From contig CAIKHN010000032.1 of assembly GCA_903827265.1 (NCBI GenBank), forward strand, positions 1-40,949: a DNA stretch of 40,949 bases, in the 5' to 3' direction. A program made the translations under genes and the position numbers. This DNA is from Candidatus Uhrbacteria bacterium (GTDB lineage Bacteria > Patescibacteriota > Patescibacteriia > UBA9934). The notes under the pieces are model-generated. The model did not search any database, was not told the DNA's origin, and saw nothing but the letters and a program-made list of their open reading frames with translations. Below are positions 17,774 through 26,528 of this stretch, in pieces. The number at the start of each line of letters is the position of its first letter. Position 1 is the stretch's first letter.

Positions 17774-18586
17774 ATGAAAAAAATATCAAAGAAATTCCCG
17801 TTTTCTCGTAAGCTGGCAATTCTTGTTCCTGTGCTGCTTGTTGCGGGAATTGCTGCAGTTCGCGCAGTTGAGCTTCATGAGGCACGCGTCGGGCATCCGC
17901 TTTCCATGGCGGCAAACCGGCATGTGAAGAATGTCACTTGTACCGGGAGATGTACGAATGTCGTGCTGGCAAGCGATCAAGAGCCCGACGTACAGTACTT
18001 CGAAGGTGCAACACAACCGACATGTTCTGAATCGATGTTGTGGGCAAACGCAAATGGCCGCGAGGATCAGATCGTCTTCGGCGGGTATGAATTTATTAAC
18101 GGCTTTCAAGATAATCTTCCAACACAAACATTCGGACCTGATGCGCTCAATGGTAAAGATATTGAATTTACGTTGCCGGGTAGCGGCGATGTATTCACTG
18201 CGCATGTTAAAGACACCGGTGAATGGAATCTGCTTGACTCTGTGACATGTAACGAATTGATGTGCGCAGGACCAGAGCGGATTTTTACGGATCGCGATTC
18301 TGGTCGAGTCAAATTGTACGATTCGTGTGATGCGTCATCGGATCGCGTTAAAATTTTTACCCTGTATCAGGCTCCGGAACTTCACGGTCCAGATGCTGAT
18401 GACACGTACCGTGTCGATGTGGGGCTTCGTGCATTGCCAAGTACGGGATCGACATCAGGAATGGTAGAAGGCGCAGGATTCGAGCAAGTGTATGCATCGT
18501 CCGAACTCACCGACGACACTATTCACGTTATTGCCGACGTTGGTGACACCACGTTCGAGTTCGATTTGGTGAAGGACGAGGAATAG
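17774..18586 (+). CDS. Hypothetical secreted or membrane-anchored protein
   Basis: Basic N-terminus and hydrophobic stretch (MKKISKK...LAILVPVLLVAGIAA); acidic, beta-rich mature part with six Cys. Confidence 0.75.
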   Translation: MKKISKKFPFSRKLAILVPVLLVAGIAAVRAVELHEARVGHPLSMAANRHVKNVTCTGRCTNVVLASDQEPDVQYFEGATQPTCSESMLWANANGREDQIVFGGYEFINGFQDNLPTQTFGPDALNGKDIEFTLPGSGDVFTAHVKDTGEWNLLDSVTCNELMCAGPERIFTDRDSGRVKLYDSCDASSDRVKIFTLYQAPELHGPDADDTYRVDVGLRALPSTGSTSGMVEGAGFEQVYASSELTDDTIHVIADVGDTTFEFDLVKDEE

Positions 18587-18614
18587 AGCGGCGAACGAAT
18601 TAATAGGCGGTAAA

Positions 18615-18772
18615 GCGAGCGCCAGTGACGAGGGTGCATGTTTCGCAACGAACCGCACAGTCGAGCAGCGCGAGACGTCGTGGCGTGACGATCGTTGCGG
18701 CGAGTGAAGAAACATGTACCCGAGTCACCAGTTCGCGATAATCGCTGGATCCCCGCCTACGCGGGGATGACT
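18615..18772 (+). repeat. Intergenic structured repeat, copy A (MITE/REP-like composite)
   Basis: Near-identical to 32110-32286. Nested inverted repeats plus terminal CTGGATCCCCGC-CTAC-GCGGGGATGAC. Confidence 0.9.
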
Positions 18773-18828
18773 AAAGGAGCTGTCGATGAGTTATCGAGTG
18801 AGAAAGGCACGCGTGGTATAATCTCATC

Positions 18829-19512
18829 ATGATCACGTTCAAAAACGTGACAAAAGAATATCCGCCAAAAACACATGCGCTCGCTGGTGTGAGTTTTCGT
18901 ATTGAGGCGGGGGAGTTTGTTTCCATTACTGGTCAGAGCGGGTCGGGAAAGTCGACGGTCGCAAAGATGATTTTTGCCGAAGAGATGCCGACGAGTGGTC
19001 ACATTCACATTGGCGATTGGGATATTTCAAACATTCGGCATTCAGATATTCCTGTTCTTCGACGGCAGATTGGCGTGGTGTTTCAGGATTTTAAATTGCT
19101 CCCAAAGAAAACGGCATTTGAGAACGTCGCATTCGCGCTTGAGGTTGCGGGGGAGTCGACAAAACGGATTCGTGAAGTTGTTCCGCATGTGTTGAAAATT
19201 GTGGGTCTTGGCGAGAAAGGTGGACGGTACCCTCGTCAGCTTTCTGGCGGTGAGCAACAGCGTGTTTCTATTGCTCGCGCGCTTGTTCATCGGCCAAAAA
19301 TTATTGTTGCCGACGAGCCAACGGGGAACCTCGACGCGATCACTGCTCGCGAGATTATTGAGCTTTTCACGCGTATTAATGACTTTGGCACAACGGTTGT
19401 TCTTGTCACGCATGATCGTGACATTGTGAACGGACTGCATCGTCGCGTTATTACACTTCGTGACGGTAAAGTTTCGTCAGACGCTGAAAAAGGGAAATAT
19501 CTTCTTTCGTAA
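18829..19512 (+). CDS. ftsE: Cell division ATP-binding protein FtsE
   Basis: GQSGSGKST, RRQIGVVFQDFKLL, LSGGEQQR and ADEPTGNLD; followed by ftsX. Confidence 0.95.
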   Translation: MITFKNVTKEYPPKTHALAGVSFRIEAGEFVSITGQSGSGKSTVAKMIFAEEMPTSGHIHIGDWDISNIRHSDIPVLRRQIGVVFQDFKLLPKKTAFENVAFALEVAGESTKRIREVVPHVLKIVGLGEKGGRYPRQLSGGEQQRVSIARALVHRPKIIVADEPTGNLDAITAREIIELFTRINDFGTTVVLVTHDRDIVNGLHRRVITLRDGKVSSDAEKGKYLLS

Positions 19513-19515
19513 TGT

Positions 19516-20427
19516 ATGCGCTCATTTTTTCGCATTATCCGGTTTGCCTTGCAGAGCATGATGCGGAATTTTTGGTTGTCGTTCGTGACGGTATCGGTGT
19601 TTGTTCTGACGTTGGTGACGGTGAATGCGGTTATTGTATTGAACGTGCTCGCGAATGCGTCGGTAAAGAGTGTGGAGGGAAGAGTACAGGTAACGGTGTA
19701 CTTCACGTCTGATGCATCGGAGAGCACGGTAAAGAACGTCCAGAGTTATTTGCTCGGGTTGTCGCAGGTGAAGGACGTTTCTTACGTGACGGCCGACGAA
19801 GCGCTTGCTCAATTTAAAGAAAATCACCAGAACGATCCGGTTATTCTTGCATCACTCGATGAAGTTGATGGGAATCCCCTTGGTCAGGCATTGAAAATTC
19901 GGGCGTATAACGCTGGCGATTTTCCTTTTGTGCTTCAGGCATTAGAAACGCCAGAGTACAAGCCGTTCATTAAAGACAAGAACTATAATAATTACGAATC
20001 TGCGTTACGGGTGCTCAGTGATTTTTCAGAGAAAGTCCGTCTTGGGTTCCTTATTCTTGCGCTGTTCTTTGGATTCATTGCGACCTTAATTGTCTTTAAC
20101 ACTATTCGTGTCGCAATTTACGTCCATCGTGATGAAATCGGTATCATGAAGCTTGTTGGTGCGAACGATTGGTTTGTTCGCGGTCCATTCTTGTTTGAAT
20201 CCATTTGTTACGCTTTTATTGCGACAGTGGTAATGGGCGTTCTTCTTTCGGCGTTTCTTACCTTTGCAAACCCGGCTATTGTTGCGTTCTTCCAGGGCGT
20301 CGATGTTGATCTTGTCTCGTATTACCTCACAAACGCGCTTCCAATGTTTGGTGCGCAGTTTGGCATTCTTGCACTCCTCGGCCTTGGCACAACGACGTTT
20401 GCGATGCGCCGATATTTGCGAGTGTAA
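19516..20427 (+). CDS. ftsX: Cell division permease FtsX
   Basis: Four TM segments and NTIRVAIYVHRDEIGIMKLVGANDWFVRGPF. Confidence 0.95.
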   Translation: MRSFFRIIRFALQSMMRNFWLSFVTVSVFVLTLVTVNAVIVLNVLANASVKSVEGRVQVTVYFTSDASESTVKNVQSYLLGLSQVKDVSYVTADEALAQFKENHQNDPVILASLDEVDGNPLGQALKIRAYNAGDFPFVLQALETPEYKPFIKDKNYNNYESALRVLSDFSEKVRLGFLILALFFGFIATLIVFNTIRVAIYVHRDEIGIMKLVGANDWFVRGPFLFESICYAFIATVVMGVLLSAFLTFANPAIVAFFQGVDVDLVSYYLTNALPMFGAQFGILALLGLGTTTFAMRRYLRV

Positions 20428-20437
20428 TGAACGGCGT

Positions 20438-21409
20438 TTATTTGATTTTCCACTCGGGCGGCATGGGGCGAATTTCTTGTATTGATTCGCGACGATTCTC
20501 TTGGATTTCTTTGGTGAGCTCGTCGATAACGTCGGTACGCTTTTCCAGCTCTGATTCGTAAAGTCCGGCTTCTGCAAGATTATCAGCAAGGATTTCTGTT
20601 GTTACTCCAAACTCAGCGTAAAAAGCAGACCACCCGGTAATCCATTGCGCTTTATCTAAAATCCACGCGTCTTTGTCTCCCATGTCGAGATCGGTTTTCA
20701 GCTGTTCGAGAGCTTCTCTTGCCTTGCCTTCGTCGAGAAGTTTCTGCGCCTCAGCGATTTTGTCACGGCGATTGAGGTCGAGGGACACGAGAAGGTTACT
20801 TGGTCCGACGTACAGTCCGCTTTGCATGTATGCGAGATCAGTGTGCTTCCGGACGATTTTCGCAATTTCAGGATTTGCGTAATTTCGATCCTCTAATGCA
20901 AGGAGCTCTGGTTCGATTTCAGAATCGTGATACATCAAAAAGTGCGTTGCTTCGTGAACGACGAGTTCGGTGTCCCAATATTCTTCTTCGTCGGAGTTGA
21001 GAACAATGTAATTGTCCGAACGATCGGTTGGTGTTCCGTCGGTAGGGGAGTGAAAGCCGATGGCATTGATGTCGCCGCCGTACATGGTTGATGTTGGTCC
21101 AACGTAAAAGGAATCATTGTCCCAGTAGTAGTCGAGCGTTTCCTGGACGGTATCAATATCGGCGATCATTGCTTCGGGATTATCAACTTCGCCGTGTGCA
21201 TCAACCCAGCCGCTGTCCATCGAGCGAATGATTTCTTTTACGATTGGTGTGGTTTCACCGGCGATTTCAACGAGGTATTCTATTCTTTCTGCCTGTTCAT
21301 CGGTTGGTTTGCTTGTACCTTCTGGTGGTTCGCCGCAGCCGGTTATTGCGAGAGCAGTTGGGAGAATGAGGCTTTTTGCACCGTGTTTCAGAGAGTCAAT
21401 CATGGTCAT
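20438..21409 (-). CDS. Hypothetical lipoprotein with HExxH zinc-metallopeptidase-like motif
   Basis: Lipobox-like LAITGC and VVHEATHFL; very acidic. Confidence 0.7.
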   Translation of the reverse strand: MTMIDSLKHGAKSLILPTALAITGCGEPPEGTSKPTDEQAERIEYLVEIAGETTPIVKEIIRSMDSGWVDAHGEVDNPEAMIADIDTVQETLDYYWDNDSFYVGPTSTMYGGDINAIGFHSPTDGTPTDRSDNYIVLNSDEEEYWDTELVVHEATHFLMYHDSEIEPELLALEDRNYANPEIAKIVRKHTDLAYMQSGLYVGPSNLLVSLDLNRRDKIAEAQKLLDEGKAREALEQLKTDLDMGDKDAWILDKAQWITGWSAFYAEFGVTTEILADNLAEAGLYESELEKRTDVIDELTKEIQENRRESIQEIRPMPPEWKIK

Positions 21410-21431
21410 AGTGCGTGTATTGTACCGTATG

Positions 21432-21460
21432 TTGATGGTTCGAGCCTTTTGCGTTACACT
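21432..21460 (+). promoter_or_regulatory. Sigma70-type promoter upstream of the hairpin RNA and tRNA-Gln
   Basis: TTGATG-N17-TACACT. Confidence 0.6.
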
Positions 21461-21480
21461 TCGCTCCGTTCAGTTTGATG

Positions 21481-21560
21481 AGGATTTTCTTATTTCAGAC
21501 CAGTTTCGGTGCGCCAGGAGCAAAGTTCGCGAGGCGTACTTCTTGGTACAAGGAAATCCT
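21481..21560 (+). ncRNA. Candidate rod-shaped structured RNA in the tRNA-Gln leader
   Basis: Four nested helices, each containing a G-U pair on the + strand. Confidence 0.4.
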
Positions 21561-21564
21561 TCTT

Positions 21565-21638
21565 TCCGGGATCGTCTAACGGCAGGACAGCGGCCTTTGA
21601 AGCCGTGAACCGTGGTTCGAATCCACGTCCCGGAACCA
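21565..21638 (+). tRNA. tRNA-Gln(UUG)
   Basis: Acceptor TCCGGGA/TCCCGGA, anticodon arm GCGGC-CTTTGAA-GCCGT, T-arm CGTGG-TTCGAAT-CCACG, CCA. Confidence 0.96.
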
Positions 21639-21675
21639 ACAAAAAATCAGCCTCTCGGCTGGTTTTTTGTTGGTT
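21634..21675 (+). terminator. Terminator after tRNA-Gln
   Basis: AACCAACAAAAAATCAGCC-tctc-GGCTGGTTTTTTGTTGGTT. Confidence 0.8.
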
Positions 21676-21726
21676 CGATCGGCATACACGATGGAGCCGA
21701 ATTCTTGCTAAAACCCGCCACTTTTA

Positions 21727-21755
21727 TTGACAAAAAGCCCGATTTTTGCTACAAT
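21727..21755 (+). promoter_or_regulatory. Near-consensus sigma70 promoter with extended -10
   Basis: TTGACA-N17-TACAAT with TG two bases upstream of the -10. Confidence 0.8.
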
Positions 21756-21826
21756 GGTTCGTGCTGTTGAAGGGTTTTTCCTTCACTTCACCCCCCGCTC
21801 TTTCCCCTGCCCCCCCGGAGTCCCTC

Positions 21827-22765
21827 ATGAACCTCGCCTCTTCCGCAGCCACTCGCGTCATCGGTACCCTCGAGTCCGATCGCTACCACTCGGTACCTCC
21901 GCAGCCGGCCAACGTGCCTGCTCGGAGGAAGAGTCGGCTCAGTGGCGCGATCGTCGTCGCGCAGGTCGAGGCGCCGCCGCCGGTGGTTCCCGCCAGGCGC
22001 CGTTCCGCCACTCCCGTCGCGCCAGTGCCGCCGACCCCCAAGGTCGTTCGGATCCCGCGCGATCCGGCCGTCGCGGCCGCCGTCGCTGCCGAGGCCGAGC
22101 GCAAGCTCGAGGCCAATCGCATCGCCGAAGCCGAAGCCGCAAAAGCGCGCAAGGCCATCGAGGCCAAGGCGGTCGCGCGTGCCGAGAGGGCCAAGGCCGA
22201 GGAAGCGCGTCGTCTGGCCGAGGTTGAGGCGGAGCGCCTCCGCATGGAAGCGGACGCCGCCGCACGCAAGCTCGCGGCCGACCTCACGAACCTCGCGAAG
22301 CAGCCCGTCGTCATCGCGCCGGCCCCGCCCGTGCCGAAGCCGGCGGGAAAGAAGGGGGCGTTCAACGTCCTCGATCACCTCCGGCAGAATGCTGGGAAGC
22401 CCGTCGAGCCCGTCGCCTCGTGTCCCTCGAAGGAGAGGCTCGCGGCACTCGAGCAGGAGATGAACCCGCAGAAGGAGCCGGCGCCGTATTTCTGGGCCCC
22501 GTTGGGAACCAAGGATGGCGCTACGACGACGGTGCCCGCGAGTGTCGTGGCGCAGCGGATGCAGGCCAAACCGCTGATCGAGCGGATCAAGGCCCTCGTG
22601 GCCGTTCCGCAGATCGTTCTCAACGTCTACCGCGGGAAAGTCACCCGGTGGCGGTGGGAAACGGTCGATGCGATGCTCGCAGTGTCGGCGTCTGACAAGG
22701 ACGCCAATGTGGGACTCACGGAGTTCGTGACCAGGTGCGAGGCAGCGAGGGCGAAGCGCACGTAG
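21827..22765 (+). CDS. Hypothetical Ala/Pro/Arg-rich protein with central coiled coil
   Basis: GC-rich ORF with GGAG 6 nt before ATG 21827, an AEAE/AKA helical tract, and its own promoter and terminator. Confidence 0.75.
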   Translation: MNLASSAATRVIGTLESDRYHSVPPQPANVPARRKSRLSGAIVVAQVEAPPPVVPARRRSATPVAPVPPTPKVVRIPRDPAVAAAVAAEAERKLEANRIAEAEAAKARKAIEAKAVARAERAKAEEARRLAEVEAERLRMEADAAARKLAADLTNLAKQPVVIAPAPPVPKPAGKKGAFNVLDHLRQNAGKPVEPVASCPSKERLAALEQEMNPQKEPAPYFWAPLGTKDGATTTVPASVVAQRMQAKPLIERIKALVAVPQIVLNVYRGKVTRWRWETVDAMLAVSASDKDANVGLTEFVTRCEAARAKRT

Positions 22766-22788
22766 GCTTCACCAACGACAGACGCGAC

Positions 22789-22829
22789 GACGGGCCGGAA
22801 GACGAAAGTCTCCGGCCCGTTATTGTTTT
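22789..22829 (+). terminator. Bulged hairpin terminator
   Basis: ACGGGCCGG-A-AGAC-gaaa-GTCT-CCGGCCCGT followed by TATTGTTTT. Confidence 0.75.
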
Positions 22830-22890
22830 GCTACACTTGGAGAAACCGGGTTTGTCACAAACTGAGTTTCTCGCTCACTGAGTTTCTATT

Positions 22891-23583
22891 ATGCCAAAAG
22901 TTGCTGTTGCAGAAGGGAATAATCCGTCGCGAGCGATTCGTGAGGCGCTCGACAATCTTGGCGATGCGTTTATTGATCTCGCAAAATCTGCGAAGTCGAT
23001 ATGCATTGTTTCAACCGGATCAGTCGAGGCCACGCAGGCGGTTATTGACGCAATTGTGCTTCACAGCCGTGTCCCGATTCATGTACTGAGTGCTGACGAT
23101 GAAGGCGATGTCGTGGAGGCAACGATCCCTCGGGGTGATGATGTTCGAATGCCTATTCGTCGACCGCGATCGGTTTTCGATGTGGATGTTGTTATTTCAC
23201 TGGTGCCGATGTTGGCAGGCCATCATCGCCGAACCGCGTTGTCGATTGAGCAATATTGTTTTGCAACGTGGTATGTACCAGAACGTCGAACTGCGCACGG
23301 ATTTGTGCGGAGCCACGAGCCGTGGTTGGAGGGGGAGCTGCGCGACGTGGTTCTCGCTGATCTTTACGCACAACGCCCGATCGATCTTGCAATCATCGAC
23401 GGTGCTGCAACTGCCGGCGTCACTTTTGCGAGCTTCGATCCTGTTGCGGTCGATGCCGTTGTAATGCATACCGCTGGACTCGATCCAGAATCCGTCGGCT
23501 ATCTCTTAGCGTTATCACGGCAAGGAATAGGGGTTTGTACACTCTCGAAGATTGATATTCCACTCGGAATGATTTCGAGCTAG
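22891..23583 (+). CDS. DUF362-like protein
   Basis: KVAVAEG...AIREALD, DVVISLV, LAIIDG and ASFDPVAVDAV...GLDPESVGYL. Confidence 0.65.
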   Translation: MPKVAVAEGNNPSRAIREALDNLGDAFIDLAKSAKSICIVSTGSVEATQAVIDAIVLHSRVPIHVLSADDEGDVVEATIPRGDDVRMPIRRPRSVFDVDVVISLVPMLAGHHRRTALSIEQYCFATWYVPERRTAHGFVRSHEPWLEGELRDVVLADLYAQRPIDLAIIDGAATAGVTFASFDPVAVDAVVMHTAGLDPESVGYLLALSRQGIGVCTLSKIDIPLGMISS

Positions 23584-23594
23584 AATATTGGCAT

Positions 23595-24083
23595 ATGTCT
23601 ACCTGTATTTTTCCTGGGCGGTTTCAGCCGTTTCATGAGGGTCATTTGCTCGTGGTTCAGGGCATGATGAAAATCCACGGCAACGCTACTATTGCCATTT
23701 GCGAGGGAAAGTCGGAACACGGTGCCGATGTTCCGTTCACTGTTGCGCAGCGCCACGAAATGATTAGTGCAGCTTTGCTTGCCGCCGACATTACCGAAGC
23801 GACAATTGTTGACGTGGTGGATAAACCGACAGATGAACAGTGGATGGATGCGGTACTCGATGCCGCCGGCAGGCCAACAGAGCCGTTGGTATGGAGCGGG
23901 CGTGACGAAATTCGTGCGATGTTTGATGCGCGATCGGTTCCGACGAAAAAAATCGTTCCTGTTCCTGGAATCGACGGTGCAGCGATTCGCACTGCAATCG
24001 TGAGCGGAAAGGTCGATGATTGGCGAAAGAAAATTCCTTCTGGTGCACTGGATGTCGTTATGGAAATTGTGAACAAGCGATAA
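23595..24083 (+). CDS. Nicotinamide-nucleotide adenylyltransferase-like protein (NadM type, HxGH family)
   Basis: PGRFQPFHEGH, PFTVAQRHEMI and DWRKKIP. Confidence 0.85.
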   Translation: MSTCIFPGRFQPFHEGHLLVVQGMMKIHGNATIAICEGKSEHGADVPFTVAQRHEMISAALLAADITEATIVDVVDKPTDEQWMDAVLDAAGRPTEPLVWSGRDEIRAMFDARSVPTKKIVPVPGIDGAAIRTAIVSGKVDDWRKKIPSGALDVVMEIVNKR

Positions 24084-24133
24084 AAAAACCACGGCCCGGG
24101 ATTCCTTGCGGAAGCCCGGGCCGTTTCGTTTTT
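24082..24133. terminator. Bidirectional terminator
   Basis: A-tract, ACGGCCCGGG-A-TTCC-ttgc-GGAA-G-CCCGGGCCGT, then T-tract; lies between convergent genes. Confidence 0.75.
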
Positions 24134-24140
24134 GTGCGCA

Positions 24141-24647
24141 TCACCCGTGAATGGCGACGCACGCCACGACGTTGTCGAACACGGACTGGGCCGTTTTGTC
24201 GTCTGGCGCGCCTTCGGCGTGGTCGACCGTTCCGTCGCTATTCAGATCGCCAACGACGATAGACGACGTCCCTTGCGTGGCGAACACCGAGGCCATCAAT
24301 ACCGGGCTCGGTTGGCCAACGTCGATCTTGAGCACGGACATGCCGGCGCCGCTTCCGCACTGGTCCATTCGGAGCGTCCAGAGATCGCTCGGGATGGGCT
24401 TATCCGGTTTTCCGAGGATCATCGTGGAATGCGTTCCTTTTGCCATGGTCCTTTCGACCGCAGTTTTGAGCTGCGACTTGGTTGCGGCGTTCGCGTGGTT
24501 TGCGATCATCATGGTGAACGCAATGGCCGCGACGATCACGGCGAAGATCGCGATGATGGCGCCGATGGTCTTGAGAGCCTGGACTGCCGCCTTTGTCAGG
24601 GGATCGATGACGAAGATGTGCGTGAGGGTCTTGTCGCTGTTGTTCAT
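24141..24647 (-). CDS. Hypothetical membrane-anchored protein with DxNxDG loop
   Basis: TM segment IGAIIAIFAVIVAAIAF and GDLNSDGTVD. GGAG lies 5 nt before ATG 24647; promoter TTGAGT-N17-TAATCT at 24670-24698. Confidence 0.7.
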   Translation of the reverse strand: MNNSDKTLTHIFVIDPLTKAAVQALKTIGAIIAIFAVIVAAIAFTMMIANHANAATKSQLKTAVERTMAKGTHSTMILGKPDKPIPSDLWTLRMDQCGSGAGMSVLKIDVGQPSPVLMASVFATQGTSSIVVGDLNSDGTVDHAEGAPDDKTAQSVFDNVVACVAIHG

Positions 24648-24727
24648 GGGAGCTCCGGGTCCGTGGCTAAGATTAGCAGATTTCGCAGGAAAACTCAAGA
24701 CCGAGCCTTGTGAGCTCGGTCTTTAAA

Positions 24728-25471
24728 TTACATCCCTTTTTTAAAACCCTCGATCGCCTTGAGCACCTCGAGTGGCACAGCGAAGACGACGGTGTTTGAT
24801 TGATCTGACGAGATGTCGTTGATGGAGTTGAGTGTGCGGAGGTGAAGGGCACCTGGAGCATTTGAGAGCATTGTTGCGGCATGTGCAAGATTTTCTGCGG
24901 CTGCGACTTCGCCCTCGGAGTTAATAATCACCGCGCGACGTTCGCGTTCTGCCTCGGCTTGCTTCGCGATGGTTCGTACCATGTCTGGCGGCAAGTTGAT
25001 GTCTTTGAGCTCAACGGCAGTTACTTCGACGCCCCATCCGCCAGTTGCGGCTTCGACGAGTTGTTCGATGCGCGAGGAAATTTGCTGACGTTGTGAGAGC
25101 AACTCATCGAGCGTTACCTCGCCGACGACGTTGCGCATCGTCGTCTGTGCAAGTTGAAGGACGGCCCAATGCACGTGCTCAACTTCGATTACCGATTTTT
25201 GTGCGTCAACAATCTTGTAGTAAATGACGGCGGTGATTTTTGCCGAAACGTTGTCTTTTGTAATAGCGTCTTGTGGCGGAACCTCAACCGCTTTTAAGCG
25301 AAGGTCAACCTTTGTCATCGATTGAAAGATTGGGAAAATAATTCGCCACCCCGGGTTAATCATGTTTGAGTAGCGTCCCATCGTGAACTTTACACCGCGT
25401 TCATATTGGTTAATTTGGCGGAGTGAAATCAGGAGAATAATTCCTGCGAGCACCAGAAAGAAGAATAGCAT
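24728..25471 (-). CDS. SPFH/band 7 (stomatin/slipin-like) protein
   Basis: INQYERGVKFTMG, ITKDNVS, LAQTTMRNVVG and QAEAERERRA. Confidence 0.93.
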   Translation of the reverse strand: MLFFFLVLAGIILLISLRQINQYERGVKFTMGRYSNMINPGWRIIFPIFQSMTKVDLRLKAVEVPPQDAITKDNVSAKITAVIYYKIVDAQKSVIEVEHVHWAVLQLAQTTMRNVVGEVTLDELLSQRQQISSRIEQLVEAATGGWGVEVTAVELKDINLPPDMVRTIAKQAEAERERRAVIINSEGEVAAAENLAHAATMLSNAPGALHLRTLNSINDISSDQSNTVVFAVPLEVLKAIEGFKKGM

Positions 25472-25497
25472 ATTTTGTGAAGATTATGCCATTAGTA

Positions 25498-26412
25498 TTA
25501 TGCCGATATTGCAGAAAACGCAAGAACTGCGCGTAATATTTCTTCTCGCGCCGGGTGTTGGTTTACAACAATATTATGGATTGCTTGGAGAAACGGGTGT
25601 TCTGCCATGACGATCCCCGGCACGTTTTGAACGCAAGGAATGGTGTTGAGAGCCTCGCTGCCGCGGACAGGCTTTTGGCCGTTCGCGAATCTCAGGCCAG
25701 TCGTGTAGTTTGTCGAGTTGCTACTTTGTGCGGTCGCAACCAAATCGCCGAGTCCTGCAGGTCCGAGCGCGGTTTTTGGGGAGCCGCCAGTTTTTGTGAC
25801 GATAGCTATCATTTCATGTGTGGCTTGTGCAACGAGGGCGCCATGAAGATTGCTGCCAAGAGAAAGACCGTCGCAAATTCCTAGGCCAAGAGCGTAGATA
25901 TTTTTCAGCGATGCAACGAGAACGGTTCCCGAGACGTCATCGGTGTGCTGCACGACGAGCGGTGTTTGCGAAAAGAGTGCGGCAACTGTGCTTCGTGCTT
26001 CGCTCGATGTGCTTGCTGCGACGCCGATCGCGGGAAGTCCTGCAACAATTTCCTCGGCAATCATTGGTCCGCCAAGAAAGACGAACGGATTGTCGCTTGG
26101 GAGGTTTTGTGGAAATAGCGTATCAACGCGGTGGCACGTTTCCTTTTCAAATCCTTTTGATGGGCTGACGACAATGGTTTTTGGCGTAAGAAGCGCATGA
26201 ATGCTTTGCAACGCCGCGCGAGCGGTCCATGTTGGAACGCAGACAAAGAGAATGGTACATGTGGGAATGATGGATTCGAGCGGTTGCTGTTCGGGCAAAA
26301 TGTCGCTGTTTTTATCCCAACACGTCACCGTGATGTCTGGTTGGGAGGAAAGCAAATGATGAATCGCTTTGCCGAGTTCGCCGTAGCCAAGGATTACAAC
26401 CTGTGTCGCCAT
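25498..26412 (-). CDS. gpsA: NAD(P)H-dependent glycerol-3-phosphate dehydrogenase
   Basis: GYGELG, SKGFE, GGPMIAEE, LKNIYALGLG and AGLGDLVAT. Confidence 0.9.
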   Translation of the reverse strand: MATQVVILGYGELGKAIHHLLSSQPDITVTCWDKNSDILPEQQPLESIIPTCTILFVCVPTWTARAALQSIHALLTPKTIVVSPSKGFEKETCHRVDTLFPQNLPSDNPFVFLGGPMIAEEIVAGLPAIGVAASTSSEARSTVAALFSQTPLVVQHTDDVSGTVLVASLKNIYALGLGICDGLSLGSNLHGALVAQATHEMIAIVTKTGGSPKTALGPAGLGDLVATAQSSNSTNYTTGLRFANGQKPVRGSEALNTIPCVQNVPGIVMAEHPFLQAIHNIVVNQHPAREEILRAVLAFSAISA

Positions 26413-26528
26413 ATGGCTGTAGTATACCGGAATTATGAATCATCGATGAAGTAAGTATTGGAATCAACTCAAGCGTAGATTTATACTATGCATTGGTTCA
26501 AAGAAATTCTTATCGATTATCGATCTGT

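Noticed and set aside
21727-22695. Several long alternative-frame and antisense ORFs over the GC-rich gene
   Set aside because: These are expected shadows in stop-poor GC-rich DNA. Only the 21827 frame has a promoter, RBS and terminator. The same applies at 9556-10240 and 24132-24726.
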